Source: an uncultured Hormoscilla sp. (GTDB lineage: Bacteria; Cyanobacteriota; Cyanobacteriia; Cyanobacteriales; Desertifilaceae). From it: a stretch of 64,000 bases of DNA. Location of the stretch: the NCBI GenBank assembly GCA_963921275.4, contig OZ001293.3, forward strand, positions 3,296,001 through 3,360,000, written 5' to 3'. Positions 62,094 to 64,000 of this stretch are shown here, in pieces (the first letter of the stretch is position 1; each line of letters starts with the position of its first letter). The notes beneath the pieces are model-generated. The model had not been told where the DNA came from and ran no database searches. It worked only from the letters and a program-made list of their open reading frames with translations. Both the position numbers and the translations under genes were made by a program.

Positions 62094-62441
62094 CTAAAAA
62101 TACATTTTTGTCTGATAGATCTCAACTGGGTTATCATCTGGATCGAGGCATCTAAAAAATCGCCCTCCCTGTTTAGAAGAAATCTGCTGCAAAATTTTTA
62201 CTCCAAATTGGACCGCATTATTGTAAGCTGGCTCTAATAATTTGATTTCCAAGCAGATAGTAGCATTCCTCTCTAGAGTATTACTCGGTACTTCGCTGCT
62301 TTTGAGATTATTTAATTGCTGTAAGACAATGCGATCGCATCTCACTAAACCCTTTGATTCCTTTTCAACTTTTATACCTAAAACCCTTTCATAAAAAAAC
62401 CGTGCTTTTTCCAGGTTAACAACCGGTAAGTTAACTGTCAT
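62094..62441 (-). CDS. VOC/glyoxalase-like protein
   Basis: VVNLEKARFFYERVLG..FRCLDPDDNPVEI; ATGA overlap with the upstream gene. Confidence 0.8.
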   Translation of the reverse strand: MTVNLPVVNLEKARFFYERVLGIKVEKESKGLVRCDRIVLQQLNNLKSSEVPSNTLERNATICLEIKLLEPAYNNAVQFGVKILQQISSKQGGRFFRCLDPDDNPVEIYQTKMYF

Positions 62442-63865
62442 TTGACAGACATCAACCGGTTGTCTATCTCATACTGGTTTTCATCCTTCATTTCATTTTT
62501 CTGGCGTGACAGCTTGGTGATATACAAAGTTTGACCGTCAACAGTCCTTACTTTCCAATAATTTGCCACTGTTGTTTTAGATAAAGGCTGATGCTGTTGT
62601 CTATCAGATATATTAGCTTCTCTGCCATCTGGAATCACAACAAGATCGCCATTATTTGACACGGCAAGTTCTTCCAGGAAAGAATTAAGATGTTTTTTTC
62701 TAGTCTCAATAGCCATCTGAGCTTGACCAGCACCTTGATTTTTAACTAAATTTTCTGCCAATTCTCTAATATACCTAGCATCCTGAACTTGCTCTGCATA
62801 GTCACCTAACCATTCAATTCCATGGACAGCACCGAGAATTCCACCGGTCATGGATGCAATAGTATCGGTGTCAGCTCCAAAAGCGAATGCTGGGAATTTA
62901 AGACCATTAATTGGATCGGCGGCGTAGCGCGAAGCCAGAAATATGGCAGCAGCCGCACTCACGGTTCCAGCACCTTTATGACTGGAAAAACATCCTAGTT
63001 GGGTAAGTACCTCCCGATCAACTGGGAGGGCACCTTGTTTCATTCCCTGTTGGCATTGTTCCAGCAGCTTTTTCATCTCCTCAACAGTCGATCGCCAATT
63101 CTTTTGATATGCTCCAGCATTGACTTTTTTAGCGGCAGGTTTCCAGGTGGGGAAAATATCATCCAACTCTGGCAACTCCGACCAATACTTAACTTCTTCT
63201 AGCACTCGGTCAATAATTGCGCCGTAGGTCAGAGTATTTGTTTCTCGCAAAGCGATCCAGACTGCAAAGCTATAAACAAGAGCGCCAACTAATGCCCTCG
63301 GATGACCGTGGGTACAAACGCCATTCACAACTACATTCTTAGCAATGGAGCGAAAATTCGTTCCCGTTGCACCTAATAGACAGTGGGGCAAAATTCGCAT
63401 TGCCACACCATTACCACCCGCATTAAAGTATTTCTGATTATCTGCAGCTTTCGGAGCAGACCAAGGCTCTTTTCCAGCTAGCCATTGCTTTGCAGCTCGT
63501 GTTGTAGCTCCACCACCATTTCGTTTGTAACAAGTCCAAGTTGGCAGCTCCTTTTTTGTCAAGTGATGCCACCACTGCTGACCGAAAAGGAGGCTTCTAG
63601 CAGTGCAGAGGAGCAATTGAGTATCGTCGCTGTATTCCCCTGGAAGGATTACTTTTTCATGTGGATAATATTGACCTCCCGATCGGCGTACCCATCGTTG
63701 GAATCTATCGACTGGCGATTTTTCTGAAGAAGCTGCTTTCCGATCGATTCTTTTCGCTTCCATTTCTTGGGGCCATCCCAGTGCATCGCCAACTGCAGCG
63801 CCCAGAAATGCTCCTTGCGCCTTGGCAATTATAGAAAGCCCGTTGTGGCGATTATCATTAGTCAT
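62438..63865 (-). CDS. ADP-ribosylglycohydrolase (DraG/ARH family)
   Basis: GAAVGDALGW, YSDDTQL, GNGVAMR, THGHP, GADTDTIASMTG. Confidence 0.92.
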   Translation of the reverse strand: MTNDNRHNGLSIIAKAQGAFLGAAVGDALGWPQEMEAKRIDRKAASSEKSPVDRFQRWVRRSGGQYYPHEKVILPGEYSDDTQLLLCTARSLLFGQQWWHHLTKKELPTWTCYKRNGGGATTRAAKQWLAGKEPWSAPKAADNQKYFNAGGNGVAMRILPHCLLGATGTNFRSIAKNVVVNGVCTHGHPRALVGALVYSFAVWIALRETNTLTYGAIIDRVLEEVKYWSELPELDDIFPTWKPAAKKVNAGAYQKNWRSTVEEMKKLLEQCQQGMKQGALPVDREVLTQLGCFSSHKGAGTVSAAAAIFLASRYAADPINGLKFPAFAFGADTDTIASMTGGILGAVHGIEWLGDYAEQVQDARYIRELAENLVKNQGAGQAQMAIETRKKHLNSFLEELAVSNNGDLVVIPDGREANISDRQQHQPLSKTTVANYWKVRTVDGQTLYITKLSRQKNEMKDENQYEIDNRLMSVK

Positions 63866-64000
63866 GTTTCATTCCTCTCAATCCAAAGTATTTCTTGAGG
63901 TCGCTTACCCAAATTAATCAAATTACTCAAATCATATCTTTTACTCCAAGTTGGAAACAGAGTTGGTGCGATTACAAAATCAAACCTATCTGATGGTTCT
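63862..64000 (-). CDS. 3' end of an upstream coupled gene (possible DarT/DUF4433-like ADP-ribosyltransferase)
   Basis: Open frame EPSDRFDFVIAPTLFPTWSKRYDLSNLINLGKRPQEILWIERNET* overlapping the ARH ATG; family call from recalled resemblance only. Confidence 0.45.
   Translation of the reverse strand, partial: EPSDRFDFVIAPTLFPTWSKRYDLSNLINLGKRPQEILWIERNET

Overview
Window from a filamentous cyanobacterium. It has abundant HIP1 GCGATCGC octamers and cyanobacterial genes such as ndhN, ldpA, a sepJ-like gene and Uma2 family members. The heavy pseudogene, IS and MITE load plus LRR and serpin genes suggests a host-associated lineage such as Hormoscilla, but that is inference only. The core scaffold (speB, pyrH, frr, geranylgeranyl reductase, rpmF, alaS, tRNA-Ser, ycf45-like, ldpA, ndhN) is interrupted by nested mobile DNA. 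The main result is six group II introns: one with a frameshifted RT/maturase/HNH ORF and five ORF-less siblings carrying different EBS1 target-recognition sequences. Two ORF-less copies split an LRR gene into three exons that rejoin in frame, and the middle exon is exactly three LRR units. Another lies antisense inside a sepJ-like septal gene. Also present are very small insertions that create HIP1 sites, several MITE families with target-site duplications, REP-punctuated small-gene cassettes, orphan toxin-immunity pairs, a saposin/bacteriocin-like precursor, a GH19-like lysozyme with tandem secreted paralogues, and a probable DarT-like/ADP-ribosylglycohydrolase/VOC operon next to a broken mtnP. 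All family assignments come from motif recognition by eye; no searches were run.
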